From positions 1 to 41,519 of the forward strand of contig PEZW01000028.1 in assembly GCA_002773985.1 (NCBI GenBank): a stretch of 41,519 nucleotides of DNA. The letters run 5' to 3'. Made by a program: the position numbers and the translations under genes. Numbering within the stretch: position 1 is the stretch's first letter; each line of letters opens with the position of its first letter. The DNA comes from Candidatus Berkelbacteria bacterium CG10_big_fil_rev_8_21_14_0_10_43_13. GTDB lineage: Bacteria > Patescibacteriota > UBA1384 > XYA2-FULL-43-10 > 1-14-0-10-43-13. The notes under the pieces are model-generated. The model worked only from the letters and a program-made list of their open reading frames with translations, ran no database searches and had not been told where the DNA came from. Positions 1 through 10,412 of this stretch are shown here, one piece after another.

Positions 1-88
1 TTGATGAATTAGCACCCCGAATTTGATATTAACCCAATATTTTCTGATTTGGGGTATACTATAATACAAAGACTAACGAGGAGGAAAT

Positions 89-901
89 GTGCAGGTGAAG
101 GATAAGGTTTTCGCGGTAACGGGTGCTGGAAGTGGGATCGGCAAGGCAATAGTCGTAAATTTGCTCGGCAGGGGTGCGATTGTTGCCGGAGTTGACCTAA
201 ACAAAGATGCTCTGGATGATCTCGTCAAAGAGGTCGGCGTAAAGAGCGATCTACTCTCGACTCATGTCCTCAGTATTACCGACAAGAAGGCCGTCGAGAA
301 ACTGCCCGAGGAAGTGGTAAAAGCTCATCAACACATCGACGCAGTGATCAACGATGCCGGTATCATCCAGCCTTTCGTCAAAATAAATGATCTCGACTAC
401 GACGCTATCGAAAAGGTGATGAACGTCAATTTCTACGGCGCGCTCTATATGACAAAAGCCTTCTTGCCACTTTTGCTGAAAAGACCGGAGGGCTACGTCG
501 TTAATGTCTCGAGCATGGGCGGATTCCTGCCGGTGCCGGGACAAAGCATCTATGGCGCGTCAAAGGCGGCAGTGAAGCTAATGACCGAGGGGCTCTACGC
601 CGAGCTGGCAGATACAAACGTCCATGTCTCAGTCGTCTTTCCCGGCGCAACCAATACCAATATTTCCAAAAATTCCGGTGTGGCAACGCCGGAGGTATCC
701 AGCAATAAGTCAAAACAGCAAAGCTATCCGACATTATCACCGGAGGAAGTGGCAGAGATTATTGTCAGCGGCATCGAGGACAATCGCCCGCAAATTTTTA
801 CCGGCAAAGATTCCAAGATGATGAATCTGCTTTATCGTCTAAATCCGGTATACGCGACCAACCTGATCGCCAAACAAATGAAATCATTACTCTCGAAATA
901 G
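89..901 (+). CDS. Short-chain dehydrogenase/reductase (SDR)
   Basis: TGAGSGIG Rossmann motif, INDAG, NVSS and catalytic YGASK; GAGGAGG RBS before the GTG start. Confidence 0.93.
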   Translation: MQVKDKVFAVTGAGSGIGKAIVVNLLGRGAIVAGVDLNKDALDDLVKEVGVKSDLLSTHVLSITDKKAVEKLPEEVVKAHQHIDAVINDAGIIQPFVKINDLDYDAIEKVMNVNFYGALYMTKAFLPLLLKRPEGYVVNVSSMGGFLPVPGQSIYGASKAAVKLMTEGLYAELADTNVHVSVVFPGATNTNISKNSGVATPEVSSNKSKQQSYPTLSPEEVAEIIVSGIEDNRPQIFTGKDSKMMNLLYRLNPVYATNLIAKQMKSLLSK

Positions 902-927
902 AACGACTCTCGTCAGGACTCGAAAAA

Positions 928-1893
928 TTAGCCTCGAATTATTAGAAAAATCAGATAAGCAACATAAAGTAAAACACAAACGAACCCCTGCCAGCGCTCA
1001 AGGATATGTTTTTTGCCGAAAAAAATAAAAGCAAAAAGCAAAAATGTGACTATCAATAAAATCGCTAGATCGATGATGACTGTTGCTGGAAAAGCAATCG
1101 GGCGAATGACCGATGTCAGGCCCAAGACCCAGAGAATATTAAAAATATTACTGCCGACAATATTACCAACTCCAAGATCGACATTGCCTTTGCGCACAGC
1201 AACGACAGAGGTGATGAGTTCTGGCAGTGAGGTGCCGACTGCAATTACTGTTGCCGAGATCAAAAACTCACTTAGCCCAAATGATCTAGCGATCGAAATC
1301 GCCCCGTCGACAGTCCAGGTTCCGCCCAGGTAGAGTCCGACAAGTCCGACCAATATTGTCAGAATAATTACAATATTTGGCCGCTGATCTTTCGATAAAG
1401 ATATTTCTTTGAAATTTACTCTGCCATCCCTGGCTAACCTGAAAACATGAAAAAGAAAAAAACCAAAAAGCACCAACATGATTGCCCCTTCAAACCTGTA
1501 AAGATAATGCGTCTCTGGATGAGCTAGGTTTGGTAACGTAGCAAAAACGTATAGAACTAAAACAGCAAAAAATGAATACGGAATTTCTCTCAATGTGGTT
1601 GATTTTTTGACTTTGAGGCTTCGAATCATGGCAGCGATACCCAGGATCAAGAGAGTATTTGCCATGTTACTGCCGAGAATATTACCAAAGGCGACATCAC
1701 TAGTGCCTTTGATCGCTGAAACAACATTGACCACCAGCTCCGGCATCGAGGTACCGAAGGCAACAATCGTCAGGCCGACGACAAGTTTCGAGATACCAAA
1801 TTTTTCAGCCAGAAGCGAAGATCCCTCGACGAGGTAATCGGCTCCCTTGACCAAGAAAAATATACCAACGATCAAAATAATGTATGGCAGCAT
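928..1893 (-). CDS. Calcium/sodium antiporter (YrbG/CaCA family)
   Basis: Two alpha-repeats (GTSMPE...GNILGSN and GTSLPE...GNIVGSN); about 10 TM segments. Confidence 0.93.
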   Translation of the reverse strand: MLPYIILIVGIFFLVKGADYLVEGSSLLAEKFGISKLVVGLTIVAFGTSMPELVVNVVSAIKGTSDVAFGNILGSNMANTLLILGIAAMIRSLKVKKSTTLREIPYSFFAVLVLYVFATLPNLAHPETHYLYRFEGAIMLVLFGFFLFHVFRLARDGRVNFKEISLSKDQRPNIVIILTILVGLVGLYLGGTWTVDGAISIARSFGLSEFLISATVIAVGTSLPELITSVVAVRKGNVDLGVGNIVGSNIFNILWVLGLTSVIRPIAFPATVIIDLAILLIVTFLLFAFIFFGKKHILERWQGFVCVLLYVAYLIFLIIRG

Positions 1894-1983
1894 TTTACAA
1901 GAAGTTTAATGGTTTTCTTAATTTTACATTAGAAACAATAAAATATAAACTAAAAGCAGATAATTTCTTTAAAATTACTTGAA

Positions 1984-2565
1984 ATGCTTCACAAACGCAC
2001 ACTACAAATCATCAGTTTTCTGAAAGAAATCGAGAAGCTCAAGCTTGTCTGGCGAGTCAATTATCTATCTGACAAGAGAACGCGCGAAGACGACGCTCAG
2101 CATTCTTGGCACTTAGCGATGATGATTTTGGTTTTGCCGACGAACTCTCAGTCAAATTTGATGTCGGCCATGCGATCAAGCTAGCGCTAATTCATGACAT
2201 GGGCGAGATTTACACTGGTGACAGCTGGTCACTGAAGCCAGACAAGAAACAAAAACATGCTGAGGAAGAAAAGTCCATGAAGAAGGTACTGTCTGTCTTG
2301 CCACAGGATTTGCAAAAAGAATTGTATAATCTCTGGTTGGAATACGAAAATGGTGAGACAATTGAGGCCAAGGTTGCCAAAGCGCTCGACAAGATTATTT
2401 ATTCAATTCAATATGCAACCTCACAAGAAATTGAGTGGGGGGCAAAAAACTTCAATTCATGAATCAAGAGAATACGCGATGCCACATATTAAATTCGAGC
2501 CAAAATTAATCGAGATCATTAATCATCTTCTGTCCGAGGTGCCAGAATATCATAATCCAAAATAA
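1984..2565 (+). pseudogene. HD-domain phosphohydrolase (YfbR/YGK1-like), split by frameshifts (pseudogene or sequencing error)
   Basis: Motifs are spread over three frames: LK..WR...REDDAQHSW (1984-2184), ALIHDMGEIYTGD...EYE..ETIEAKVAKALDK (2106-2462) and a probable tail (2350-2565). Breaks fall at homopolymers near 2131 and 2437-2442. Confidence 0.75.
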
Positions 2566-2573
2566 AATAATAT

Positions 2574-4919
2574 CTATCGATCAATTATTTTATTCAACAG
2601 CAATCTCTTCTCAACCGAAGCGATTAGTTTTTTGGTGGCGATGACGATGTCGGGAGTGACAGAAACTGAGGTTGTTCCGGCCCTCACCATCATCTCAGTA
2701 ATTTCTGGGTAGGTACTTGGTGCCTGCCCACAGATCGAGCAGGTCACATTTAGACGGCGGCAAGTCTTGATGACATATTCGATCGACATCGTCACCGCTT
2801 CATCGCGTTCGTCAAATGTGGCGGCAAGCGTCTGATTATCACGATCAACACCGAGAGTCAGCTGAGTTAGATCGTTCGATCCGATCGAGACACCGTCAAT
2901 GCCGAGAGCGATGAATTTTTCAAGCAATATGACGTTGGCAGGGATCTCACACATCATCAAAATCTTGAAGTCAGGTCCCTGTGACAATCCTCCAGCCTTG
3001 ATCAGCTCCATACACTGTTTCATTTCGTCGACTGTGCGGACAAAAGGCACCATCATGTGGAGATTTTTCAGATCAAGCTCTTCGCGAACTTTCTTGATCG
3101 CTTTCAACTCGTAAGCAAACATATCTGGATCGGCAATATAGCGCGAAGCACCACGATAACCGATCATCGGATTATCCTCGACTGGTTCATATTTATCGCC
3201 ACCTTTGAGACCACGATACTCGTTTGTCTTGAAATCAGTCGCGCGATAGACGACCGGTCGTGGGTTGAAAGCGCCAGCAATTGTCTTGAGCCCCTCGACT
3301 AAAGCATCAACATATTTGTCTCCTCGCCCAGAAGCAACCATCGCTTTTGGATGTTCACCTAGACTGGCGACCATAAATTCCGCCCGGAGTAAACCGACGC
3401 CATCTACTGGTAATTTCGCCACTTCCTCGGCCAAGCTTGGCTCGCCCAAATTGACATAAACTTTGGTGCCGGTTACCGGAATTTCTTCGGAGATCATCGA
3501 CCCAGAACCGGCCGGACCTGTCGCCAAAATATTGTCTTTTCCTGTTTGTGTCTTTGTTTGGATTTTTCCCTTGAAAACTAACCCCTTAGCTCCGTCGACC
3601 GTGATGACCTGACCATTTTTCAAGACGTGGGTCGCTGTTCCTGTGCCAACAACACAAGGGATTCCTAGTTCACGTGAAACAATAGCCGCATGGCAAGTTC
3701 GTCCGCCGGTATCGGTCACGATCGCTCGAGCTTTTCTCATCGCAGGGACGAAATCCGGTGTTGTCATCTCTGTCACCAAAACATCACCGTCATTTATTTT
3801 GTCAATTTCAGTCGGTTTATGAATAATTTTTACTGGGCCTGAGGCCATACCAAGAGAAGCAGCTGCCCCCTTTAAAATTACTTCAGCTTTGCTTTCGTCG
3901 GTGGCTGTATCTTCTCGTTGCTGATCTGTTTGACTGTCTTTGTGCGCCTTTTTTTTACCCAATGTCGTGATTGGTCGTGATTGAACAAAATATATTTTAC
4001 CGTCTTCAATCGCCCATTCGGTGTCTTGCGGCTTTCCATAATGTTTCTCGATTTTGAGACCAATTTCAGCTAGTTTTAATATAGTCTCATCAGAAATTTT
4101 TTGGACTTTTTGCTTGCTTTTTGGCACCGCCATATGTTGATCGCCGTGCTCACCTTTCTTGGCAACCTTCCACTTTTGCTCGTTTATTTCTTTGCTGACA
4201 ATCGAGAGGTTTTTCTTGTCGATAACATAACGGTCAGGAGTAACTTCGCCCAAAACGATTGCTTCACCCAAGCCCCAACCGGCTTCGATGATAAGGTAAT
4301 CAGGATTTTCTTCGACTGGATCAACGGTAAAAAGAATACCAGCGACATCTGAGTTGATCAGGTTTTGAACCGGTGCAGACAAACCAACTTTGAGATGATC
4401 ATACTTTTGCACAACACGATAATAGATTGCTCGTGCTTCGAAAAGCGAAGCATAGCAATTTTTCACCGATTTGACGACTTCGTCCGGAGTTGTCACGTTT
4501 AGGTATGTAGTCTGCTGGCCAGCAAATGAAGCATCAGGCAAATCCTCGGCTGTGGCACTAGAGCGGACAGCGACCGGAAAACCACCAAGCTTGTGATATG
4601 CATCCTTGATCTGCTTCACCAGGTCTTCTGGCATCTTGGCCGTGACAATTGTTCGCTTAATTTCTCTGGCGACAGCGTTTAGTCTCTTGTTGTCGTCAGC
4701 ATTTAAGCCTTTTAGCTCTTTTGCTATCTTTGCTTTAATGCCCGTCTTCTCGATGAAATAATAATATGCCTGGGCCGTGACGCAAAAGCCATTTGGCACT
4801 GGAATTCCAGCATTGACCAGTTCGCCGAGATTAGCGCCTTTGCCTCCGACAAGCGCGATATCCTCCTTGTGAATGTCTTTGAACCACATGGTTAAAGGCG
4901 CCTGTTGCTTCTTGGTCAT
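2574..4919 (-). CDS. ppsA: Phosphoenolpyruvate synthase
   Basis: VGGKGANLGEL, AVRSSATAEDLPDASFAGQQ, GGRTCHAAIVSRELG phospho-His motif, SIGSNDLTQ; start set at the ATG after GGAGGG. Confidence 0.96.
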   Translation of the reverse strand: MTKKQQAPLTMWFKDIHKEDIALVGGKGANLGELVNAGIPVPNGFCVTAQAYYYFIEKTGIKAKIAKELKGLNADDNKRLNAVAREIKRTIVTAKMPEDLVKQIKDAYHKLGGFPVAVRSSATAEDLPDASFAGQQTTYLNVTTPDEVVKSVKNCYASLFEARAIYYRVVQKYDHLKVGLSAPVQNLINSDVAGILFTVDPVEENPDYLIIEAGWGLGEAIVLGEVTPDRYVIDKKNLSIVSKEINEQKWKVAKKGEHGDQHMAVPKSKQKVQKISDETILKLAEIGLKIEKHYGKPQDTEWAIEDGKIYFVQSRPITTLGKKKAHKDSQTDQQREDTATDESKAEVILKGAAASLGMASGPVKIIHKPTEIDKINDGDVLVTEMTTPDFVPAMRKARAIVTDTGGRTCHAAIVSRELGIPCVVGTGTATHVLKNGQVITVDGAKGLVFKGKIQTKTQTGKDNILATGPAGSGSMISEEIPVTGTKVYVNLGEPSLAEEVAKLPVDGVGLLRAEFMVASLGEHPKAMVASGRGDKYVDALVEGLKTIAGAFNPRPVVYRATDFKTNEYRGLKGGDKYEPVEDNPMIGYRGASRYIADPDMFAYELKAIKKVREELDLKNLHMMVPFVRTVDEMKQCMELIKAGGLSQGPDFKILMMCEIPANVILLEKFIALGIDGVSIGSNDLTQLTLGVDRDNQTLAATFDERDEAVTMSIEYVIKTCRRLNVTCSICGQAPSTYPEITEMMVRAGTTSVSVTPDIVIATKKLIASVEKRLLLNKIIDR

Positions 4920-4959
4920 TATCCCTCCAAATATAATTTTAGAATTTAAAATTTTCAAT

Positions 4960-5409
4960 TTATAGCAACTTTTCCATTACATCTTTGACTATGTCCCATT
5001 CGTAGCCCCTACTGATCAAATGTCTGCCCAACTTTTCATATCTTTTCTCTGGTAGAATATTTCTCTGTTTGGCTAGCCATTTTTCTGCCAATTCCGTTGC
5101 TCGCTGCAGCTCATCGTCGGAGTCAATTCCGTTCAAATTTTGTTCTATCAGATCCGCGGGCACTTTCAATTGGATTAATTTTTGCCTGATCTTATATTTC
5201 CCTTTGGTACCAAAATCTGTGTTATTGCGAATTAAATTCTTGACAAATCGCTCATCGTTTATAAAGTCTTTGTCAGTCAGAAATTGAATAGTACTATCAA
5301 TTTCTGCTGGTTCATACTTTTTCATACGCATCTTGTCACGAATCTCACCTTCTGTCCGATCACGCAATTCCAGTAAATATAGGGCACATTCAAGCGGCTT
5401 TTTCTTCAT
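4960..5409 (-). CDS. recX: Regulatory protein RecX
   Basis: LL..RDRTEGEIRDK, FINDERF, G..KIRQKL, LISRGY; lies downstream of recA. Confidence 0.88.
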   Translation of the reverse strand: MKKKPLECALYLLELRDRTEGEIRDKMRMKKYEPAEIDSTIQFLTDKDFINDERFVKNLIRNNTDFGTKGKYKIRQKLIQLKVPADLIEQNLNGIDSDDELQRATELAEKWLAKQRNILPEKRYEKLGRHLISRGYEWDIVKDVMEKLL

Positions 5410-5851
5410 GATTATCTTCGTTCTCGCTTAGTTCAATTTCATCAAGCACTTTTACACAATCATCATCGCTGCCTGTACCAAATAAAATTTTTAGTTGATT
5501 TAGCGCACTTCGAAAACCAAGCTCGTCTCCAATACGTTTACAAACCAGTGCTACGCCGATAGTGATTGTTTTTTGCATTTCAGGGTCTAATTTCCCATCT
5601 TTATTCAGAACCTCATTCGCATATTCAATATAACGCCTAGCTTTTTCACCATCACTCATCTGCCCAGGGTCACCTTCCCCAATCTTCCGCCTTAGATCAC
5701 GAAGTTGACCTGGCTCATTCTTTTTAAAAGCAACTTGAGGACTATCGTCAGGGCTTTGTTCAGTTTTTTGTTCTGGCTGATCAATATGTTCCTCTATAGC
5801 TTGTTGTTCTATTTTCCCATCCATTGGTTCTGATGGTTCTGACAATCCCAT
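5390..5851 (-). CDS. Hypothetical protein between recA and recX
   Basis: 153-aa ORF with AAAGGA RBS, co-oriented, overlaps the recX start; no family recognised. Confidence 0.7.
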   Translation of the reverse strand: MGLSEPSEPMDGKIEQQAIEEHIDQPEQKTEQSPDDSPQVAFKKNEPGQLRDLRRKIGEGDPGQMSDGEKARRYIEYANEVLNKDGKLDPEMQKTITIGVALVCKRIGDELGFRSALNQLKILFGTGSDDDCVKVLDEIELSENEDNHEEKAA

Positions 5852-5868
5852 ATTATCCTTTCAAATAA

Positions 5869-6933
5869 TTATTCTTCCTCTTCCTCTGCATCGGCTGAGT
5901 CTTTGTCCTTTTTGATCTTTTCTAAAATTTTTACTTTTATTTCTTCAGCAATTTTCTTATTCTTCTTCAGGAATTCTCGTGCACCTTCCTTGCCCTGGCC
6001 GAGTTTTTCGTCACCATAGGAGAGCCATGAGCCGGCTTTCTCAATAATCCCATGAGTAACACCGAGATTAATTATTTCACCGGTATAATCAATACCAGCC
6101 CCATAAAAAATATCAAATTCAGCCACTTTGAATGGTGGCGCAACTTTGTTTTTGACCACTTTCACCGTCGTCGCGTTACCGACGACATCATCACCTTTTT
6201 TCAGCGCCGCCCGACGACGAATATCGAGACGAACCGAGGAATAAAATTTCAGAGCATTTCCACCGGTCGTTGTCTCGGGATTGCCAAACATTACGCCGAT
6301 TTTCATACGAATCTGGTTGATAAAGATAAGAACGGTTTTTGACTTTGAGACAGCGCCTGTCAATTTGCGCAAAGCCTGCGACATCAGCCTGGCCTGGACG
6401 CCCATCATCGAATCACCCATCTCACCCTCAATCTCGGCGCGAGGGACCAGAGCAGCAACCGAGTCGACAACGACAACATCAAGCGCGTTCGAACGCACAA
6501 GTGTTTCACAAATTTCCAGCGCTTGTTCACCATTATCCGGCTGAGAAATAAGCAGGTTATCTAGATCAACACCAATTTTCCGAGCATATTCTGGATCAAA
6601 AGCATGTTCAGCATCGATAAAAGCGGCATTGCCACCCTTCTTCTGAGCCTCAGCGATCGAGTGGATTGCCAATGTCGTCTTGCCTGACGATTCTGGACCA
6701 TATATTTCGATAACGCGACCGCGTGGCAGCCCGCCGATACCTAGAGCAAGATCGAGAGAAAATGAGCCCGTGGAAACTGCGTCGACTTTCATCGCCGAGT
6801 TTTGGCTCATCGTCATGATGGCGCCCTTGCCAAACTGTTTTTCGATCGAGCTAAGAGCTGACTGAAGCGCCTCGCTCTTCCCTGACACCGCCTTCGTGGT
6901 TGAAGGAATATCAATATCCGACTTTTTTGCCAT
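5869..6933 (-). CDS. recA: Recombinase RecA
   Basis: GPESSGKTT Walker [44 protein letters not shown]; start set at the ATG after AAAGGA. Confidence 0.99.
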   Translation of the reverse strand: MAKKSDIDIPSTTKAVSGKSEALQSALSSIEKQFGKGAIMTMSQNSAMKVDAVSTGSFSLDLALGIGGLPRGRVIEIYGPESSGKTTLAIHSIAEAQKKGGNAAFIDAEHAFDPEYARKIGVDLDNLLISQPDNGEQALEICETLVRSNALDVVVVDSVAALVPRAEIEGEMGDSMMGVQARLMSQALRKLTGAVSKSKTVLIFINQIRMKIGVMFGNPETTTGGNALKFYSSVRLDIRRRAALKKGDDVVGNATTVKVVKNKVAPPFKVAEFDIFYGAGIDYTGEIINLGVTHGIIEKAGSWLSYGDEKLGQGKEGAREFLKKNKKIAEEIKVKILEKIKKDKDSADAEEEEE

Positions 6934-6944
6934 TATGGTCCTTT

Positions 6945-7022
6945 CCATTGTTATATTGTTCTATTGTTACATTGTTACTTGCGGGCGAACAACAATGGAA
7001 CAATGAAACAATTGAGCAATTG
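6945..7022. repeat. Octamer array (CATTGTTA-like) followed by its inverse array (AACAATGR-like)
   Basis: cattgtta tattgttc tattgtta cattgtta ... acaatgga acaatgaa acaattga gcaatt. Confidence 0.8.
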
Positions 7023-7023
7023 G

Positions 7024-7731
7024 TTACTGGGTCTGACCTGTTTCGATAAGCGCTGTCTTTGGCTTATACTCTATCGTGATAATCTGACTTGTCTCTTTTT
7101 CAGCTCGATTCGAGGCCTGAACTTTGATCACATTGAGCCCACGTTGGAGCTTCAAATTTGTAGAAAAATGACCGTCAGTCGTAACCGGCACAGCTTCGTT
7201 GTTAATAGTGAGATAATCACCGTTTTCGGCTAAGCCACGAACATTGACCGAGTCCGATTCGACAATCGAATTATTTGACGGGTTCATCAACTGCAAGACT
7301 GGTGCACCAGCAAATCCAGCGACTTGAAAAGCAATGTATGCGAACATCGCAATCAAAAACATACTGAAGGTGGTGTAAACTGCGACTTTTGGCGTTATCA
7401 AAACTTTCTTTTCGCCAAGCGCTTTCTGATAGCTCATATTTTTACCGGCTTGAAAATTTATAAAACCGTATTCGTGTTCAAACTTTTTTTCGACTTCTTT
7501 GCGATCCAGACCAAGACATTTGGCATATGCAAGAACAAAGCCTCGCGTATACGCAAAGGATGGCAATGATTGCCAGTTGCCGGCTTCCAAGTCTTCGAGA
7601 TATTTTGCTTTGACTTTACAGGCAGCTTCACTGTCGCAAATCGACAGCTCTTTTCCTATACGAACAGACTTCAAAAATTCTCCTAGTGGTTTCTCACTTG
7701 CAATTTTTCTTTTTTTAAAGCCGTTGACCAT
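7024..7731 (-). CDS. RodZ-like HTH membrane protein with C-terminal Ig-like domain
   Basis: LGEFLKSVR...YLEDLEAG...LP...YTRGFVLAYAKCLGL HTH, one TM, then a beta-rich tail (G.F...L.L..G.N.I.V). Confidence 0.82.
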   Translation of the reverse strand: MVNGFKKRKIASEKPLGEFLKSVRIGKELSICDSEAACKVKAKYLEDLEAGNWQSLPSFAYTRGFVLAYAKCLGLDRKEVEKKFEHEYGFINFQAGKNMSYQKALGEKKVLITPKVAVYTTFSMFLIAMFAYIAFQVAGFAGAPVLQLMNPSNNSIVESDSVNVRGLAENGDYLTINNEAVPVTTDGHFSTNLKLQRGLNVIKVQASNRAEKETSQIITIEYKPKTALIETGQTQ

Positions 7732-7739
7732 ATCAAAAT

Positions 7740-7862
7740 AATTTTTAATTTCTAATTTCCCCCAAAGGGGAGTCTTTGACTTAATTTCTAATCAAGTCCT
7801 AATTTCTAATTTTTAAACATTAAATCATTGGAAATTGAATAAAAATTTAAAATTTAAAATTA
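7740..7862. repeat. AATTTCT-type heptamer array plus inverse array, with a nested CCCC/GGGG hairpin
   Basis: aattttt aatttct aatttcc ... aatttct aatcaagtcct aatttct aattttt ... aaaattt aaaattt aaaatt. Confidence 0.7.
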
Positions 7863-10055
7863 ATACTGTTTGTTGTCTTCGTGGTAATCGTCACCATAAT
7901 TCTGACCACTATCATTGTAGCCAGAAAATCCACCGGAAACCAAAATGTCGCGCGGTTTGGCACCATCAGATGGACCGATCACGCCATTTTCCTCGAGAAT
8001 ATCGAGGAGTCGAGCAGCCCTGGCGTAGCCAACTTTGAGTCGGCGCTGGAGCAGTGAAGCAGACGCTTTACCAGAAGCAACAACCAGGTCAAGCGCTTCA
8101 CCATAAAGATCGTCCTCACTCGAACCATTACCACCGCTGACACCACCGTGAGCAGATTTGCCAAACGATAAAATCGATTCTTCGTATTGTGGTTCTGATT
8201 CATCCTTGAGAAACTTGACCAGGTCGTCGATCTCCGAATCAGAGACAAAACAGCCCTGAATACGACGTGGTTTGACACCAGCCGCCATGAAAAGCATGTC
8301 ACCATTGCCAAGTAATTTTTCACTACCAGACATATCGAGAATCGTCCGGGAATCGACTTGGCTAGCCGTGGCAAAAGCAAGACGTGAATTGATGTTTGCC
8401 TTGATCAGTCCAGTCAGGACATCGACCGATGGCCGCTGCGTCGCAACGATCAGATGAATGCCAGTCGCCCGCGCCATCTGAGCGATTCGGACGATCGAGC
8501 CTTCAACTTCCTTTGAGGAAGTCGCCATCAGATCCGCCAATTCATCGATAATTATAACGATAAATGGCAGCTTACCATCCGGACCCGGTGATTCATTGTA
8601 GGCACCAATATTGCGCTTGCCCAGATCAGAAAACATCTTGTAGCGCCGCTCCATCTCCCAAACCGTCCACTTCAGTGCAGAGACAGTCTTGTCAACATCG
8701 ACTACGACCGGCGTCAGCAAATGCGGAATATCGTTATAACCAATCAGCTCAACCCGTTTCGGGTCGATCAGCATCAAGCGCAAATCACTCGGAGCATTGT
8801 TGAAAAGCAGTGAAGTAATGATCGAGTTGATACAGACTGATTTACCTGAGCCAGTCGCACCGGCGATCATCAGATGAGGCATTTTTTCGAGATCGATGGC
8901 AACTGGTTCACCAGCAACATCACGACCAAGAGCCAGGGCTAATTTGCTTTTTGTCGCCTTGAATTGACTGGAGAGTAAAATTTCTCGAAGCGTCACCTTG
9001 GCAGTATTTTTATTTGGAAGTTCGACACCGACAGCATTTTTGCCTGGAATTGGTGCTTCGATCCTGATGCTCTTGGCTGACAAGGCCAAGGCTAGATCGT
9101 TTTGACGGGCAACGATTTGATTTAGCTTGACACCCTCGCTCGGCTTGATCGTGTACTGCGTCACTGTCGGTCCGACATTGGCATCGCCCAGAGCAACTTC
9201 AACGCCAAAAGTCTTCAGGCATTTCTGAATCGCTTCAGCGTTCTTGTAAATATTGCCTGGATCAGCCACCTCGTCCAGCTCTTTCAAAATTTCAATTGTA
9301 GGATATTCCCAGTTGACATCTTTCCTGACGATCGGTAATTCGCGCGGTGTCTCCATGACTGGAGCCTTAGCTGCTGGCTGGAGAGAAGATTTGCGTCGGC
9401 CGGAAAACTTACGCCTGACTGATTCGAAAACAGAGACCCTGGCTTCCGGCGCGCAGTTGACGTTGATCTCGTCTTCATCGGATTCCCCAGTCTTGATGCC
9501 GAGGAGTTCGTAGAGCGACAGATTGAAGATCATCATCACAGCGATGACAATCAAGATAATAGTGAGTAAGAAAGTCGGGAAAAGCCCGATCGCGTTGCGG
9601 AGTGGCCCTGAGACAGCATAGCCGATTGAACCGCCGTACTGGCCGTTTGATGCCGCTTCCTTTGCCGCTTCGATTGGGATGAAAAGATGTAGAAAAGCCG
9701 GCACTGAAATTATCAATAGAGCAAGCCCGATAAATTCGGCGATGCGATATTTTTTCTTTGGCGAGAGCAATATCACGCCGGTGTAAAACAAAACGACAAC
9801 AAAAATATAGGCAGTGAAAGAACCGAAAAGCTTGCTAATCAAAACCGAAAAAGTCAGACCAAGCACGCCGGCTTTGCCGATAAATCCAAGCATAAAGACG
9901 ACAGCCAGAATAATGAAAAAAAGTGAGAAAATGATCCGCCAGGTTTCTTTGCTCAAACCAAGCGACCAGTCAAAGACAAAATCACCCCAATCATTTTCTT
10001 TTTGATACCACTTCTTTCGTGGTTTTTTCTTTGGATGAACTCTGCGCCGACCCAT
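7860..10055 (-). CDS. ftsK: DNA translocase FtsK/SpoIIIE
   Basis: N-terminal TMs, MPHLMIAGATGSGKS, IIIDELADLM, ATQRPSVDV, gamma domain LQRRLKVGYARAARL; start is ATG 10055 (alternative GTG 10067). Confidence 0.97.
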   Translation of the reverse strand: MGRRRVHPKKKPRKKWYQKENDWGDFVFDWSLGLSKETWRIIFSLFFIILAVVFMLGFIGKAGVLGLTFSVLISKLFGSFTAYIFVVVLFYTGVILLSPKKKYRIAEFIGLALLIISVPAFLHLFIPIEAAKEAASNGQYGGSIGYAVSGPLRNAIGLFPTFLLTIILIVIAVMMIFNLSLYELLGIKTGESDEDEINVNCAPEARVSVFESVRRKFSGRRKSSLQPAAKAPVMETPRELPIVRKDVNWEYPTIEILKELDEVADPGNIYKNAEAIQKCLKTFGVEVALGDANVGPTVTQYTIKPSEGVKLNQIVARQNDLALALSAKSIRIEAPIPGKNAVGVELPNKNTAKVTLREILLSSQFKATKSKLALALGRDVAGEPVAIDLEKMPHLMIAGATGSGKSVCINSIITSLLFNNAPSDLRLMLIDPKRVELIGYNDIPHLLTPVVVDVDKTVSALKWTVWEMERRYKMFSDLGKRNIGAYNESPGPDGKLPFIVIIIDELADLMATSSKEVEGSIVRIAQMARATGIHLIVATQRPSVDVLTGLIKANINSRLAFATASQVDSRTILDMSGSEKLLGNGDMLFMAAGVKPRRIQGCFVSDSEIDDLVKFLKDESEPQYEESILSFGKSAHGGVSGGNGSSEDDLYGEALDLVVASGKASASLLQRRLKVGYARAARLLDILEENGVIGPSDGAKPRDILVSGGFSGYNDSGQNYGDDYHEDNKQY

Positions 10056-10217
10056 ACATTCCCTCACTTATATTAGAATACAGAATTAAGAATCAAGCTA
10101 ATCCTCTAATCAAAACTCTGGCTGAATTCTTTATTCTGAATTCCGTCCAGCTTTCCTACTATTATAGTTCAATCACATGAGCGTTGCAAATAAACGGAGT
10201 GAAATAAATACTGTTAA

Positions 10218-10263
10218 ACAAATTCTACAAATATGGACGATCGTCCATATTTGTAGAATTTGT
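10218..10263. repeat. Perfect 46-bp palindrome centred on ACGATCGT
   Basis: acaaattctacaaatatggacga|tcgtccatatttgtagaatttgt. Confidence 0.95.
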
Positions 10264-10289
10264 AATTTGTATATAAAATGGATTGTTAC

Positions 10290-10331
10290 AAAAAAAGATC
10301 GCCAGCTCCCCCCTGAGCTCGGCGACCTTTT
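10290..10331 (-). terminator. Intrinsic terminator downstream of rnj
   Basis: Minus strand GGTCGCC-GAGCTC-AGGGGG-GAGCT-GGCGATC then a T-run; the G-U pair forms only on the minus strand. Confidence 0.75.
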
Positions 10332-10345
10332 CACTTTTCTGGCCT

Positions 10346-10408
10346 TAATACATAATACGTTATACATAATACATAATACGTAATACGTAATACGTTATAC
10401 GTTATACG
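10346..10408. repeat. Tandem heptamer array TWATACR x9
   Basis: taataca taatacg ttataca taataca taatacg taatacg taatacg ttatacg ttatacg, directly 3' of rnj. Confidence 0.92.
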
Positions 10409-10412
10409 GTTT

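Noticed and set aside
10346-10408. CRISPR array (also considered for 27044-27147)
   Set aside because: Units are 7-8 nt and contiguous, with no unique spacers and no cas genes.
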